From NCBI GenBank assembly GCA_012519425.1, contig JAAYQF010000011.1:10658-74657 (forward strand): a stretch of 64,000 nt of DNA. The letters are read 5' to 3'. A model generated the notes under the pieces. That model searched no databases. It was not told the origin of the DNA and was given only the letters and a program-made list of their open reading frames with translations. Below, in pieces: positions 49,190-58,472 of the stretch. Source of the DNA: Bacteroidales bacterium. Lineage in GTDB: Bacteria > Bacteroidota > Bacteroidia > Bacteroidales > Paludibacteraceae. Numbering within the stretch: position 1 is the first letter of the stretch; each line of letters opens with the position of its first letter. The position numbers and the translations under genes are program-made.

Positions 49190-50044
49190 ATGGTTTTGAG
49201 AATTGCTGTACAAGCCAAAGGACGTTTGTTTGATGATACGATGTCCCTGCTACATGAAACAGGTATTAAATTGGAATCGGCGAAGAGATTGCTGTTGGTG
49301 TCTGCAACCAATTTTCCATTGGAGGTGTTGTTTCTTCGCGATGATGATATTCCGCAATCTGTTGCTGACGGTATTGCCGATATCGGTATTGTAGGAGAGA
49401 ATGAATTTGTTGAGAAAAGAAAACGAGCTTTGATTGTCAAGCGTCTTGGCTTTAGCAAGTGCCGTTTGTCGTTAGCTATACCTAAAGGAATAGATTATCC
49501 GGGTATTCATTGGTTTGATGGAAAAACCATTGCGACTACCTATCCGAAAGTGTTGGGAGATTTTTTGAGAGAGAAAAAGATCAATGCAGATATCCACGTA
49601 ATTACAGGCTCTGTTGAGATTGCTCCAAGTATAGGCCTGGCAGATGCTATTTTCGATTTGGTGAGCTCAGGCAGTACACTTGTCACTAATCATCTGAAAG
49701 AAGTAGAAGTTGTGATGAAGTCAGAGGCTGTCTTGATCAAACATCCTGATCTTTCCGCTGAGAAGACAGCCATTTTGAAAGAACTTTTATTCCGAATAGA
49801 ATCAGTGCTGTTGGCTGACGACAAGAAATATGTTTTGATGAATGTCCCTACCGAAAACATACCGAAGATTGTAGAAGTGTTGCCCGGCATGAAGAGTCCG
49901 ACCGTTCTTTCCCTGGCTAAAGAGGGATGGAGTTCTTTGCATGCGGTCATCTCTGAAAAAGAGTTTTGGAATATCATAGGGAAGTTGAAGGAATTGGATG
50001 CTGAAGGAATTTTGGTGGTACCTATTGAAAAAATGATTTTATAA
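49190..50044 (+). CDS. hisG: ATP phosphoribosyltransferase (long form)
   Basis: AVQAKGRL, LRDDDIP, GSVEIAP, DLVSSGSTL, C-terminal regulatory domain; -7 box TAAATTTG at 49162-49169. Confidence 0.96.
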   Translation: MVLRIAVQAKGRLFDDTMSLLHETGIKLESAKRLLLVSATNFPLEVLFLRDDDIPQSVADGIADIGIVGENEFVEKRKRALIVKRLGFSKCRLSLAIPKGIDYPGIHWFDGKTIATTYPKVLGDFLREKKINADIHVITGSVEIAPSIGLADAIFDLVSSGSTLVTNHLKEVEVVMKSEAVLIKHPDLSAEKTAILKELLFRIESVLLADDKKYVLMNVPTENIPKIVEVLPGMKSPTVLSLAKEGWSSLHAVISEKEFWNIIGKLKELDAEGILVVPIEKMIL

Positions 50045-50056
50045 TGTCGTTTTACT

Positions 50057-50791
50057 ATGAATTTATGCATCGATCAAGGAAATACCAATACGAAGATTGC
50101 TATTTTTGATCAAGACAATATTGTTGGCCTGAGTGTACATGAAAATCCGGATTTACAGGTTTTTAAAAAGATATTTGAATCTCACCGCCCTGTAGAACAT
50201 GTCATTTTATCAAGTGTCATTGACTGTCAAAGCGATTTGTTGTCTTTTTTGCAAAAGCACAGTAAAAAGTTTTTTTGGTTAGACCATCATACTCCATTAC
50301 CCATTGTCAATCGATATGAAACTCCGGAAACGCTTGGCAAAGACAGGTTGGCAGCTGTTGTCGGTGCGGCATCAATTCAAAAGAATACCGATCTTTTGGT
50401 AATTGATATAGGTACGGCCATTACCTATGATTTCATCAATGCTGAAGGAGTTTATACCGGTGGCGATATCACGCCGGGTATAGATTTAAGATTGAAATCT
50501 TTACATCATTTTACGCAACGGTTGCCACGGGTAGAATTTGATGAGCAGGTCGGTTTTATGGGGACCAATACTACAACGGCCATTCAATCCGGAGTGCTAT
50601 ATGGTATTGTGTCAGAGATAGATGGATACATCAATCGACATATGCGAAAATATCCTAAACTTTCAGTTTTTTTAACAGGAGGTGGTGCGGTTTACTTTGA
50701 AAAGAGATTAAAAAGTGCCATCTTTGCAAACGAAAATTTGGTGTTAATCGGCCTCAATAGAATATTGGAATATAATGTTAAAAACAATTAA
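50057..50791 (+). CDS. coaX: Type III pantothenate kinase
   Basis: IDQGNT, TLGKDR, IDIGTAITYD, GGDITPG. Confidence 0.94.
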   Translation: MNLCIDQGNTNTKIAIFDQDNIVGLSVHENPDLQVFKKIFESHRPVEHVILSSVIDCQSDLLSFLQKHSKKFFWLDHHTPLPIVNRYETPETLGKDRLAAVVGAASIQKNTDLLVIDIGTAITYDFINAEGVYTGGDITPGIDLRLKSLHHFTQRLPRVEFDEQVGFMGTNTTTAIQSGVLYGIVSEIDGYINRHMRKYPKLSVFLTGGGAVYFEKRLKSAIFANENLVLIGLNRILEYNVKNN

Positions 50792-52031
50792 GCCCTTTTT
50801 GTTGGTTTTTGTTCTTTTTCTTGTACAGTTATCTGTTGGGCAGAACAATACTAATTCTCCTTATACCCGATACGGTTATGGAGAACTTGTTGATGTGAAT
50901 TCGGCAGAGCAGCGCGCCATGGGAGGTGTTGCACTTGGGTTAAGAAACAATTCCATGATCAATCCTGCAAATCCGGCTTCGTATAGTGTTGTAGATTCTA
51001 CATCCTTTATGTTTGATTTTGGTGTGAGTGGGTTGCTGTCCGCGTTTTCCGATGCCAGTGGGCGAATTGTAAGTTTTACTTCTAACATTGAATATATCAA
51101 TCTGCAGTTTCCCATAACAAAATGGTTGGGATTAAGCGCTGGTTTATTACCTTATTCATTTTCCGGGTATAACTACTACGATACCGATTCGATTGAAATG
51201 TTCAATCATACTTCGACATCAACTTATGCCAATTATTCCAGGAAGTACGTGGGAAGTGGGGCTATTAGTCAGATTTATACCGGATTGGGACTGAAATTGT
51301 TCGATCACATAGCTTTGGGCGTAAACGCCTATTATATGATGGGTGGTTCATCTAATAGCAGTTCGATCCTGTTTGACAACAAGGATTTTAGTTCGTCTTC
51401 TTCTACACAAGAAAATGTGATTGTGGTCAATAGTTTCAGATTTAGATATGGTTTGCAATTGTTTCATACTTTCAAGGAAAATCACGGGTTGACAATAGGT
51501 GGAATTTATGAACACAAAGCACCATTTGGGGGAGAGTTTCTGCAATATAATTATGGTATACCCGCTGATACTGTGTCGTATGATCACCATTTTGGATTAC
51601 CTACAACCTATGGCGTGGGGGTTAATTATGTGTTTAAAAACAAATTGACGTTGTCGGCAGACTATATGATGCAGAGATGGGGAGATGCTTTGTTTTTTGG
51701 CAAGACAGATAGTCTGACCAATAGAAACAAAATAGCTGTTGGAGCGGAATATATAATAAATCCGAGAGGAAACAAATATGTCGACAGGATGCGTTATCGT
51801 GCAGGCATCAACCTGCAAGAGTCGTATTTTAAAGTTGACGGTCAGGTTCCCCCGAAGAACTTCGGCATTAGTTTTGGCGTGGGGTTGCCTTTGCGTACAA
51901 CTAACACGATGTTAAATGCATCGTTTGAATATGGAAAAGTTGGAGACAAGACGCTTTTGAGACAAGATTATTTTAAATTTACCTTTAATGTTGTCTTCAA
52001 CGAAAATTGGTTTTTTAAGAGAAAATTATAA
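50775..52031 (+). CDS. FadL-like outer-membrane protein
   Basis: NSPYTRYGYGE, INPANPASY, terminal ENWFFKRK; conserved coaX-OMP-TPR-lptC cluster. Confidence 0.8.
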   Translation: MLKTIKPFLLVFVLFLVQLSVGQNNTNSPYTRYGYGELVDVNSAEQRAMGGVALGLRNNSMINPANPASYSVVDSTSFMFDFGVSGLLSAFSDASGRIVSFTSNIEYINLQFPITKWLGLSAGLLPYSFSGYNYYDTDSIEMFNHTSTSTYANYSRKYVGSGAISQIYTGLGLKLFDHIALGVNAYYMMGGSSNSSSILFDNKDFSSSSSTQENVIVVNSFRFRYGLQLFHTFKENHGLTIGGIYEHKAPFGGEFLQYNYGIPADTVSYDHHFGLPTTYGVGVNYVFKNKLTLSADYMMQRWGDALFFGKTDSLTNRNKIAVGAEYIINPRGNKYVDRMRYRAGINLQESYFKVDGQVPPKNFGISFGVGLPLRTTNTMLNASFEYGKVGDKTLLRQDYFKFTFNVVFNENWFFKRKL

Positions 52032-52052
52032 CATTAAGTAAAGATAGATTTT

Positions 52053-53471
52053 ATGAAAATTATGAAAAAATTAATTTTATTGTCGTTGAGTATAGTTGTT
52101 TTGACTAACTGTTATGCTCAAAGAAGGACAAGAAGAGCAGCTAAAGAAGAGGTGACCCCGGTAGAAGTTGTAACTCCTCAGGAGCCGGCAGCAGAAGAAC
52201 CCACTGGTGAGCCTGTCATTACAGAGGAGTGTTTGATAAACTTAAGTTTGTTTAATGAGTCTGCTAAAAATCAACAATATGCTGATGCATTGGATCCTTG
52301 GAATCAGGTGTTTGATAACTGCCCGAATGCCAACAGAGCTATTTACAGCCATGGACGTAATATATTACATTGGCTGTTGAGTCAGCAAACGGATGAGGCC
52401 AAATATCAGGAGGTCTTTGATAGACTGATGTTGATGTATGACAAACGCATACAGTATTTTGGAGATGATCCCAGATATTCTACACCTTGGATTAAAGGAT
52501 TAAAAGCCTTGGATTACATCGTGTTTGTCAAGAATGACGAATTGAAAGAGCCTGCCTATCAATGGTTAGAAGAAGCCATGGACGGATTGGGTGACGAAAC
52601 GGAAATAGAGGTGATTAGACAGTTTGTTATTTTGTCAGACAGACTCTATGCCAACGATAACGCACATGGTGATAAATACATTGCTGACTATTTAAAAGCC
52701 AATGACCTATTGGAATCTATCATTGAGAAAGTTCAGGATTCAGATTCAATACTTGCTGCTCAGGCAACGCAATATAAGAATGGATTGGACATTGTGTTCG
52801 CCGAAAGTGGGGCAGCCGATTGCGAAACATTGGATGGATTATACGAAGACAAGATAGCTGCTAATGAAGATGATTTGGGGTATTTGAATAAAATTATTTC
52901 TTTTTACAGAAGAGTTAGATGTGTGGAATCAAAAGTATATTTTGATGCTGCTGAAAAAGCACATAAAATTCAACCAACTGCCGAATCTGCAAGTGCATTA
53001 GCTGCTATGTCGTATAATCAGGAGGAATTTCAACAGGCGGTCAATTACTATGAGGATGCTACCAGATTAAGTGAGATTGACGAAGATAAAGCAGATTATC
53101 AATATAAAATTTCCCAGATCTATTACTCCAAAATAGGAGATTATCCTCGTACCAAGACTCATGCTCTAAATGCATTGGAATATGATTCGTCATTGGGTAG
53201 CGCTCACATGATTATTGGACTTGCCTATGCTGCCGCAAAAGGAATTTATGATGATCCGGTATTGTCTAAATCTGTGTTCTGGGTGGCTGTTGATAGATTG
53301 AACAAAGCCAAACAAGTAGATCCTTCTTTGGCAGAAGATGTGGATAAGCTGATCGCTACCTATGTTCGCCATTTCCCCTCCAAAGAAGATATTTTCTTTA
53401 AGCCTGAGCTTAGTAATGGAAAGTCTTTCTACGTGGGTGGCTGGATAGGAGAGACCACAATTTGCAGATAA
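52053..53471 (+). CDS. Tetratricopeptide-repeat protein
   Basis: Signal peptide, helical repeats, VFWVAVD...AKQVDP, GGWIGETT end. Confidence 0.8.
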   Translation: MKIMKKLILLSLSIVVLTNCYAQRRTRRAAKEEVTPVEVVTPQEPAAEEPTGEPVITEECLINLSLFNESAKNQQYADALDPWNQVFDNCPNANRAIYSHGRNILHWLLSQQTDEAKYQEVFDRLMLMYDKRIQYFGDDPRYSTPWIKGLKALDYIVFVKNDELKEPAYQWLEEAMDGLGDETEIEVIRQFVILSDRLYANDNAHGDKYIADYLKANDLLESIIEKVQDSDSILAAQATQYKNGLDIVFAESGAADCETLDGLYEDKIAANEDDLGYLNKIISFYRRVRCVESKVYFDAAEKAHKIQPTAESASALAAMSYNQEEFQQAVNYYEDATRLSEIDEDKADYQYKISQIYYSKIGDYPRTKTHALNALEYDSSLGSAHMIIGLAYAAAKGIYDDPVLSKSVFWVAVDRLNKAKQVDPSLAEDVDKLIATYVRHFPSKEDIFFKPELSNGKSFYVGGWIGETTICR

Positions 53472-53477
53472 TAAATC

Positions 53478-54068
53478 TTGAAGTATTTGCAGAAAAAATA
53501 TGATTATAAAAGCATCACAACCGCCTTTTCGGTGGTTGTTGTGTTTTTTTTACTTTTTTCATGCAATACTTCCGTAACTGAACAGATTGATTTGGAGTTA
53601 AGCTCCGGTGAAGTTCCACGTTTGCATACATCTGATGTTACAACGGTTATATCAGATTCGGGAATAACCCGATACAGAATATATACGCCAATATGGAACG
53701 TTTATGATGATATTTCGAAACCGTATTGGGAGTTTCCGGTTGGGGTGCATTTTGAACGCTTCGATGAAGATTTGACCGTTGACGCCAATGTCCATTGTGA
53801 ATATGCCAAGTTTCTTGAAAAAGAAAAAATCTGGGAGTTGAAGGGAAATGTCCGGGCTACCAATATCAAAGGTGAATTGTTTGAGACAGAGCAACTTTTT
53901 TGGAACCAGAGGACTGAAAAAATCTATTCGGATAGCTTGGTCACAATTACCCAGGAAGATTATATCATCAATGCGCAAGGCTTTGAATCGAATCAGCAGA
54001 TGACCAAGTATACCTGGAAGCAAACTCAGGGGATTTTTCCTGTAGAAGAAGAGGAAGAGCAAAATTAG
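53478..54068 (+). CDS. lptC: LPS export ABC transporter periplasmic protein LptC
   Basis: ISDSG, EFPVGVHFERF, ETEQLFWNQ...IYSD; TTG start. Confidence 0.88.
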   Translation: MKYLQKKYDYKSITTAFSVVVVFFLLFSCNTSVTEQIDLELSSGEVPRLHTSDVTTVISDSGITRYRIYTPIWNVYDDISKPYWEFPVGVHFERFDEDLTVDANVHCEYAKFLEKEKIWELKGNVRATNIKGELFETEQLFWNQRTEKIYSDSLVTITQEDYIINAQGFESNQQMTKYTWKQTQGIFPVEEEEEQN

Positions 54069-54127
54069 AAGTAAAGGTCTCCGGTATAATTCTTTTATTG
54101 GAGATTTTGACAAATTAGATAATCAAG

Positions 54128-56023
54128 GTGTTGCAGATGTTGAGAAATATCCGGATTTTTATGTTTTTACTGCTATCTCCGGTTTTACTGTCGGAAAACG
54201 ACCCTACATCCGTAGAAATCATACAATCTGTAAAGACCTGGCAAATCGTTGATAAGTTTGCTACTGCTGATTCTGTTGCTCCCGATACGGCACATTTAAA
54301 TTTTCAAAATGCCAACCACATCGATCGTTTCAGTATATCCAATGCTTATCGCGGAAATTTAGGTTCGCCTGTTCAGCCTAAAGTCTATTTTGACAGACCA
54401 CTGAAACACGATTTTATTTTTGCAGAGGCCTATTATCCATACATGGCTCAGGTTGAGTCAGCTACGTTTTATAATACTACCAAACCATTCACGAGTCTAT
54501 ACTATCTCAGCGGTGGAACTCATTATTACAAGGATGAACAGATCAAGTTTTTATTTTCAGCTAATGCCAATAAGAAGCTGAATCTTGGATTTACATTGGA
54601 TTATCTTTATGCGCGGGGCGAATACACAAACCTTGGAACTAAAAGATTTGCCGGTTCTGCTTTTGGGACTTACGACGGTGTTAAATATAAGGCAACCGGC
54701 TTTGCAAGTAGCAATAGCCTCAGCAATTACGAAAACGGAGGTATTTCAGATACTACCTACATCAATGGTCCCATAGTCTATCCTTCATATAATATTCCGG
54801 TGAACATTACAGGATATGCAAATTATATACACAATCAATTCTTTTACAATCATCAATATAATATTGGGATAACCAGGTTGATTGAGATTACCCCTGATTC
54901 TGTTGTGTCGGAATATGTGCCTGTTACGGTTTTTGGGCATACCGTTCGGTTGGATGATATGCGAAAGCGATACTACGAGCCTAATGTAGAAAAAGACTTC
55001 TACGAAAATACTTACCTTCCCTTTGCTTTTACAAATGATAGCGCAGCTTATTTTGCTGTCAAAAACACCTTGTCTGTTAGCATGGCTGAGGAGTTTAACA
55101 AATGGCTGAAATTTGGTTTGACGGCTTATGTGGAAAATGAAGTAGTCAGATACGGGGTAAAGGAAGACAGTACCTATATCCATAAAAATTATATGAATAA
55201 CAGAGTGGGGGGTATTTTGTCGAAAAATAAAGGAGATTTGTTGAAGTATAATTTTAGTGGAGAGTTGACATTTTTGGGACGCAACATTGGGGACCTGGTG
55301 TTGGATGCAAATCTGAACAGTAAATTCAATTTGCTGAAACAAAGCATCAATTTACAGGCATATGGATTTATGAAAAGTATCAAACCGTCTGTGTTTTACG
55401 ATTTTTATCACTCGAATCATTTCAAATGGGAGAACAGTTTTTCAAAATTGTACCATACACGCATAGGCGGTAAATTTGTCATTCCTACGCTTTATTTTAA
55501 TTTTGATGTGTCTGTAGAAAATTTAACTAATCCGGTATATTTTAATAAAAAGGCTTTACCAGATCAATATGATGGTAATGTTCAAATACTTGCGGGAAAT
55601 TTAAAGCAGGATTTCCATGTAGGTAGTTTTACTTTAGAAAATCAGGCGGTTTATCAATTGAGTTCTAATCAATCAGTGATACCCCTGCCGACTGTTGTCT
55701 TGTATCATAATTTGTATTATCATGGGCTTTGGTTCAAGGTTCTAAGCATGCAGATGGGTGTGGATGTACGGTATCATACTACTTACTACGCCCCTTCCTA
55801 TATGCCGGCAACCGGACAGTTTCATGTGCAGGATAGGATGAAAATTGGCAATTATCCTGTGATGAATGTATATCTGAATGCGCATCTGAAACGTACGAGA
55901 TTTTTCGTTCAGTATTATCATATAAATCAGTTGTTTATGAAAGGAAACTGTTATTCCATGCCTTATTATCCCATCAATCCGGCAACATTTAAGATAGGAT
56001 TGACATGGAATTTTTACGATTAA
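54128..56023 (+). CDS. Putative porin (Bacteroidota)
   Basis: YRGNLGSP, FYNTTKPF, GLTWNFYD C-terminus. Confidence 0.85.
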   Translation: MLQMLRNIRIFMFLLLSPVLLSENDPTSVEIIQSVKTWQIVDKFATADSVAPDTAHLNFQNANHIDRFSISNAYRGNLGSPVQPKVYFDRPLKHDFIFAEAYYPYMAQVESATFYNTTKPFTSLYYLSGGTHYYKDEQIKFLFSANANKKLNLGFTLDYLYARGEYTNLGTKRFAGSAFGTYDGVKYKATGFASSNSLSNYENGGISDTTYINGPIVYPSYNIPVNITGYANYIHNQFFYNHQYNIGITRLIEITPDSVVSEYVPVTVFGHTVRLDDMRKRYYEPNVEKDFYENTYLPFAFTNDSAAYFAVKNTLSVSMAEEFNKWLKFGLTAYVENEVVRYGVKEDSTYIHKNYMNNRVGGILSKNKGDLLKYNFSGELTFLGRNIGDLVLDANLNSKFNLLKQSINLQAYGFMKSIKPSVFYDFYHSNHFKWENSFSKLYHTRIGGKFVIPTLYFNFDVSVENLTNPVYFNKKALPDQYDGNVQILAGNLKQDFHVGSFTLENQAVYQLSSNQSVIPLPTVVLYHNLYYHGLWFKVLSMQMGVDVRYHTTYYAPSYMPATGQFHVQDRMKIGNYPVMNVYLNAHLKRTRFFVQYYHINQLFMKGNCYSMPYYPINPATFKIGLTWNFYD

Positions 56024-56166
56024 ATTAATTCATCGGGAATTTCAAAAAACAACTTAAAATAAATTATAACCATATGAAACAGCCATTTGAGAAAATTCTC
56101 AAACACAAGGAAATGATTAATGGCGTGTTCCATGTGACCTTAATGTAAAAAATAAAAAATAAACAC

Positions 56167-56970
56167 ATGAAAAAGAGAATTGCAATATTGTTTGTTGCAA
56201 GCGTTTTATTACTGATAATTTTGCTGTGGATGGGAGTTTCTTCCACAATCAGAGACTTGCCCGAAATTATTGAAGATGCCCGTTTGTCAGTTTTGATTGA
56301 ACCTGGTGAACATGGACTTGTGCGCGATAGCTCTCAAGCCTATGGTTTTCAATATGAGTTGATAAAAATATTTGCAGATTCGTTGGATGTGGAACTTTCA
56401 ATCATTCATTCGTCCGGGAAAGGAAATGACGTGCGCAGACTTCAAAAAGGCAAGGCGGACGTATGGGTAGCTCTGATGCCTGTCACAACCTGCTTTGAAC
56501 ATACGGTTGTTTGCCTGACACCCATTATTTCTACGAGGTTGATGTTGGTTCAGCCAAAGGCAGATGTTACTTCAAAAGTTCGCAAGCAATACGAATTAGA
56601 TGGAGACACCATTTGGGTACAGAAAAATTCTCCCTATATCGAAAGACTGAATGATCTTGCCGACGAAATAGCCTTTGATCCGGTGATCATTGAAATGCGG
56701 GCAAGCGGCTACGAAGAGATGGTGGATTTGGTCCAAAAAGGAGAGATCAGGTTTACCATTTGCCCCGAATATCTGACAGAACAATTCAAAACAAAGTATG
56801 ATCAGGTTGATTTCAGTCTACCCTTGAGTTTGAAGCATGATTTGTCCTGGTGTGTGAATGCGCATTCACCTTTGCTACAAGAGCGGTTGAATGAATTTTT
56901 ATATGCATTCAAAGAAACGAATGATTTCCAGGCACTATTAAAGAAGTATAATTATCAAGTTGAATTTTAA
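56167..56970 (+). CDS. Substrate-binding domain protein (MltF N-terminus-like)
   Basis: DLPEII, GFQYELIKIFA, PBP2 fold pattern; no transglycosylase domain. Confidence 0.7.
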   Translation: MKKRIAILFVASVLLLIILLWMGVSSTIRDLPEIIEDARLSVLIEPGEHGLVRDSSQAYGFQYELIKIFADSLDVELSIIHSSGKGNDVRRLQKGKADVWVALMPVTTCFEHTVVCLTPIISTRLMLVQPKADVTSKVRKQYELDGDTIWVQKNSPYIERLNDLADEIAFDPVIIEMRASGYEEMVDLVQKGEIRFTICPEYLTEQFKTKYDQVDFSLPLSLKHDLSWCVNAHSPLLQERLNEFLYAFKETNDFQALLKKYNYQVEF

Positions 56971-56982
56971 AATATATAGAAT

Positions 56983-57903
56983 ATGCCAGTAAATATTCCG
57001 GATTCGTTACCTGCAGTTGATTTGTTGAGGAAAGAGAATATTTTTGTTATGGATTCAAAGCGAGCATCCTCTCAGGATATTCGTCCCTTGAAAATCCTGA
57101 TATTGAATCTTATGCCTGTCAAGATAACTACAGAAACCGATTTGATTCGTTTGTTGTCTAACACGCCTTTGCAAATAGAGCTGGATTTTTTACAAATGGA
57201 AAGTCATACTTCGAAAAATACGCCCATTGAACATTTGATGACTTTCTATAAAACCTTTGATGTCATCAGGCAAAGCAATTATGACGGCATGATCATAACA
57301 GGCGCACCGGTTGAATTGTTACCTTTTGAGGAAGTCGATTATTGGGAAGAAATAAAAAGTATATTCGATTGGGCAAGACGTCATGTTACCTCTACACTTT
57401 ATATATGTTGGGCTGCACAAGCCGGTTTGTACCATTATTATGGAGTGCCGAAACATGAACTGCGCGAAAAACTGTTTGGCGTATTCAGGCATTATGTTCA
57501 CAATCCTTACAACAACCCTATTTTCAGAGGTTTTGATGATATGTTCTACGTGCCACACAGCAGATATACGGAGGTGCGCAAAGAGGACATATTGAAAGTA
57601 CCCGAACTGACCATCTTGTCGGAATCTCCTGATGCCGGTGTTTATATAGTGATGGGCAGGAACGGCCGTGAATTTTTCATTACCGGGCATTCCGAATATT
57701 CGCCTATGACACTCGACACTGAATATAAAAGGGATCTGTCCAAAGGATTGAAGATCAACATCCCACAAAATTATTATCAGGACGATGATGTTCGGTTAGC
57801 TCCCGTGGTCAGATGGAGAGGTCACGCAAACTTGCTGATAACCAACTGGCTGAACTATTTTGTATATCAAGAAACACCATATGATTTATCACAAATAAAA
57901 TGA
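56983..57903 (+). CDS. metA: Homoserine O-acyltransferase MetA family (probably acetyltransferase)
   Basis: [26 protein letters not shown]. Confidence 0.95.
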   Translation: MPVNIPDSLPAVDLLRKENIFVMDSKRASSQDIRPLKILILNLMPVKITTETDLIRLLSNTPLQIELDFLQMESHTSKNTPIEHLMTFYKTFDVIRQSNYDGMIITGAPVELLPFEEVDYWEEIKSIFDWARRHVTSTLYICWAAQAGLYHYYGVPKHELREKLFGVFRHYVHNPYNNPIFRGFDDMFYVPHSRYTEVRKEDILKVPELTILSESPDAGVYIVMGRNGREFFITGHSEYSPMTLDTEYKRDLSKGLKINIPQNYYQDDDVRLAPVVRWRGHANLLITNWLNYFVYQETPYDLSQIK

Positions 57904-58355
57904 AAACATTACAAATTGGAGATCAAGCTCCGGAAATTTTAGGAATCAACCAGGATGGTCAGGAAATCAAATTGTCTGACTACGTCGGGAAAAAAGTTGT
58001 TTTGTATTTTTATCCGAAAGACAATACATCGGGATGTACGGCTCAAGCTTGTAACCTGAGAGATAACTATCAAGAGTTGAGGCAAGCCGGTTATGAGGTG
58101 ATAGGCGTGAGTGCAGACAGTCAAAAGTCACATCAGGGATTCATTGCCAAACACAATTTACCTTTTAACCTCATTGCCGATACAGACAAGAAGCTGTCCG
58201 CATTATTCGGTACCTGGGGCGAAAAATCCATGTATGGCAGAAAATACATGGGTATGTTCCGAACTACCTTTATCATCAACGAAAAAGGGGTGATTGAAAG
58301 AATTATTTTGCCCAAACAAATTAAAACCAAAGATCACGCAGCACAGATTTTATAA
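57900..58355 (+). CDS. bcp: Thioredoxin-dependent thiol peroxidase (BCP/PrxQ)
   Basis: [16 protein letters not shown]; ATGA overlap with metA. Confidence 0.95.
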   Translation: MKTLQIGDQAPEILGINQDGQEIKLSDYVGKKVVLYFYPKDNTSGCTAQACNLRDNYQELRQAGYEVIGVSADSQKSHQGFIAKHNLPFNLIADTDKKLSALFGTWGEKSMYGRKYMGMFRTTFIINEKGVIERIILPKQIKTKDHAAQIL

Positions 58356-58472
58356 ATTTTGTTCTGTTTTTTGATGGTAAAAATTTATCTCTTTTATAGG
58401 GAACTATTTTTCATGCTTTCTGTTTCAGGAAAAATGAAAATAGTTAACTTTGCAAATTAAAATTATCCGGAT

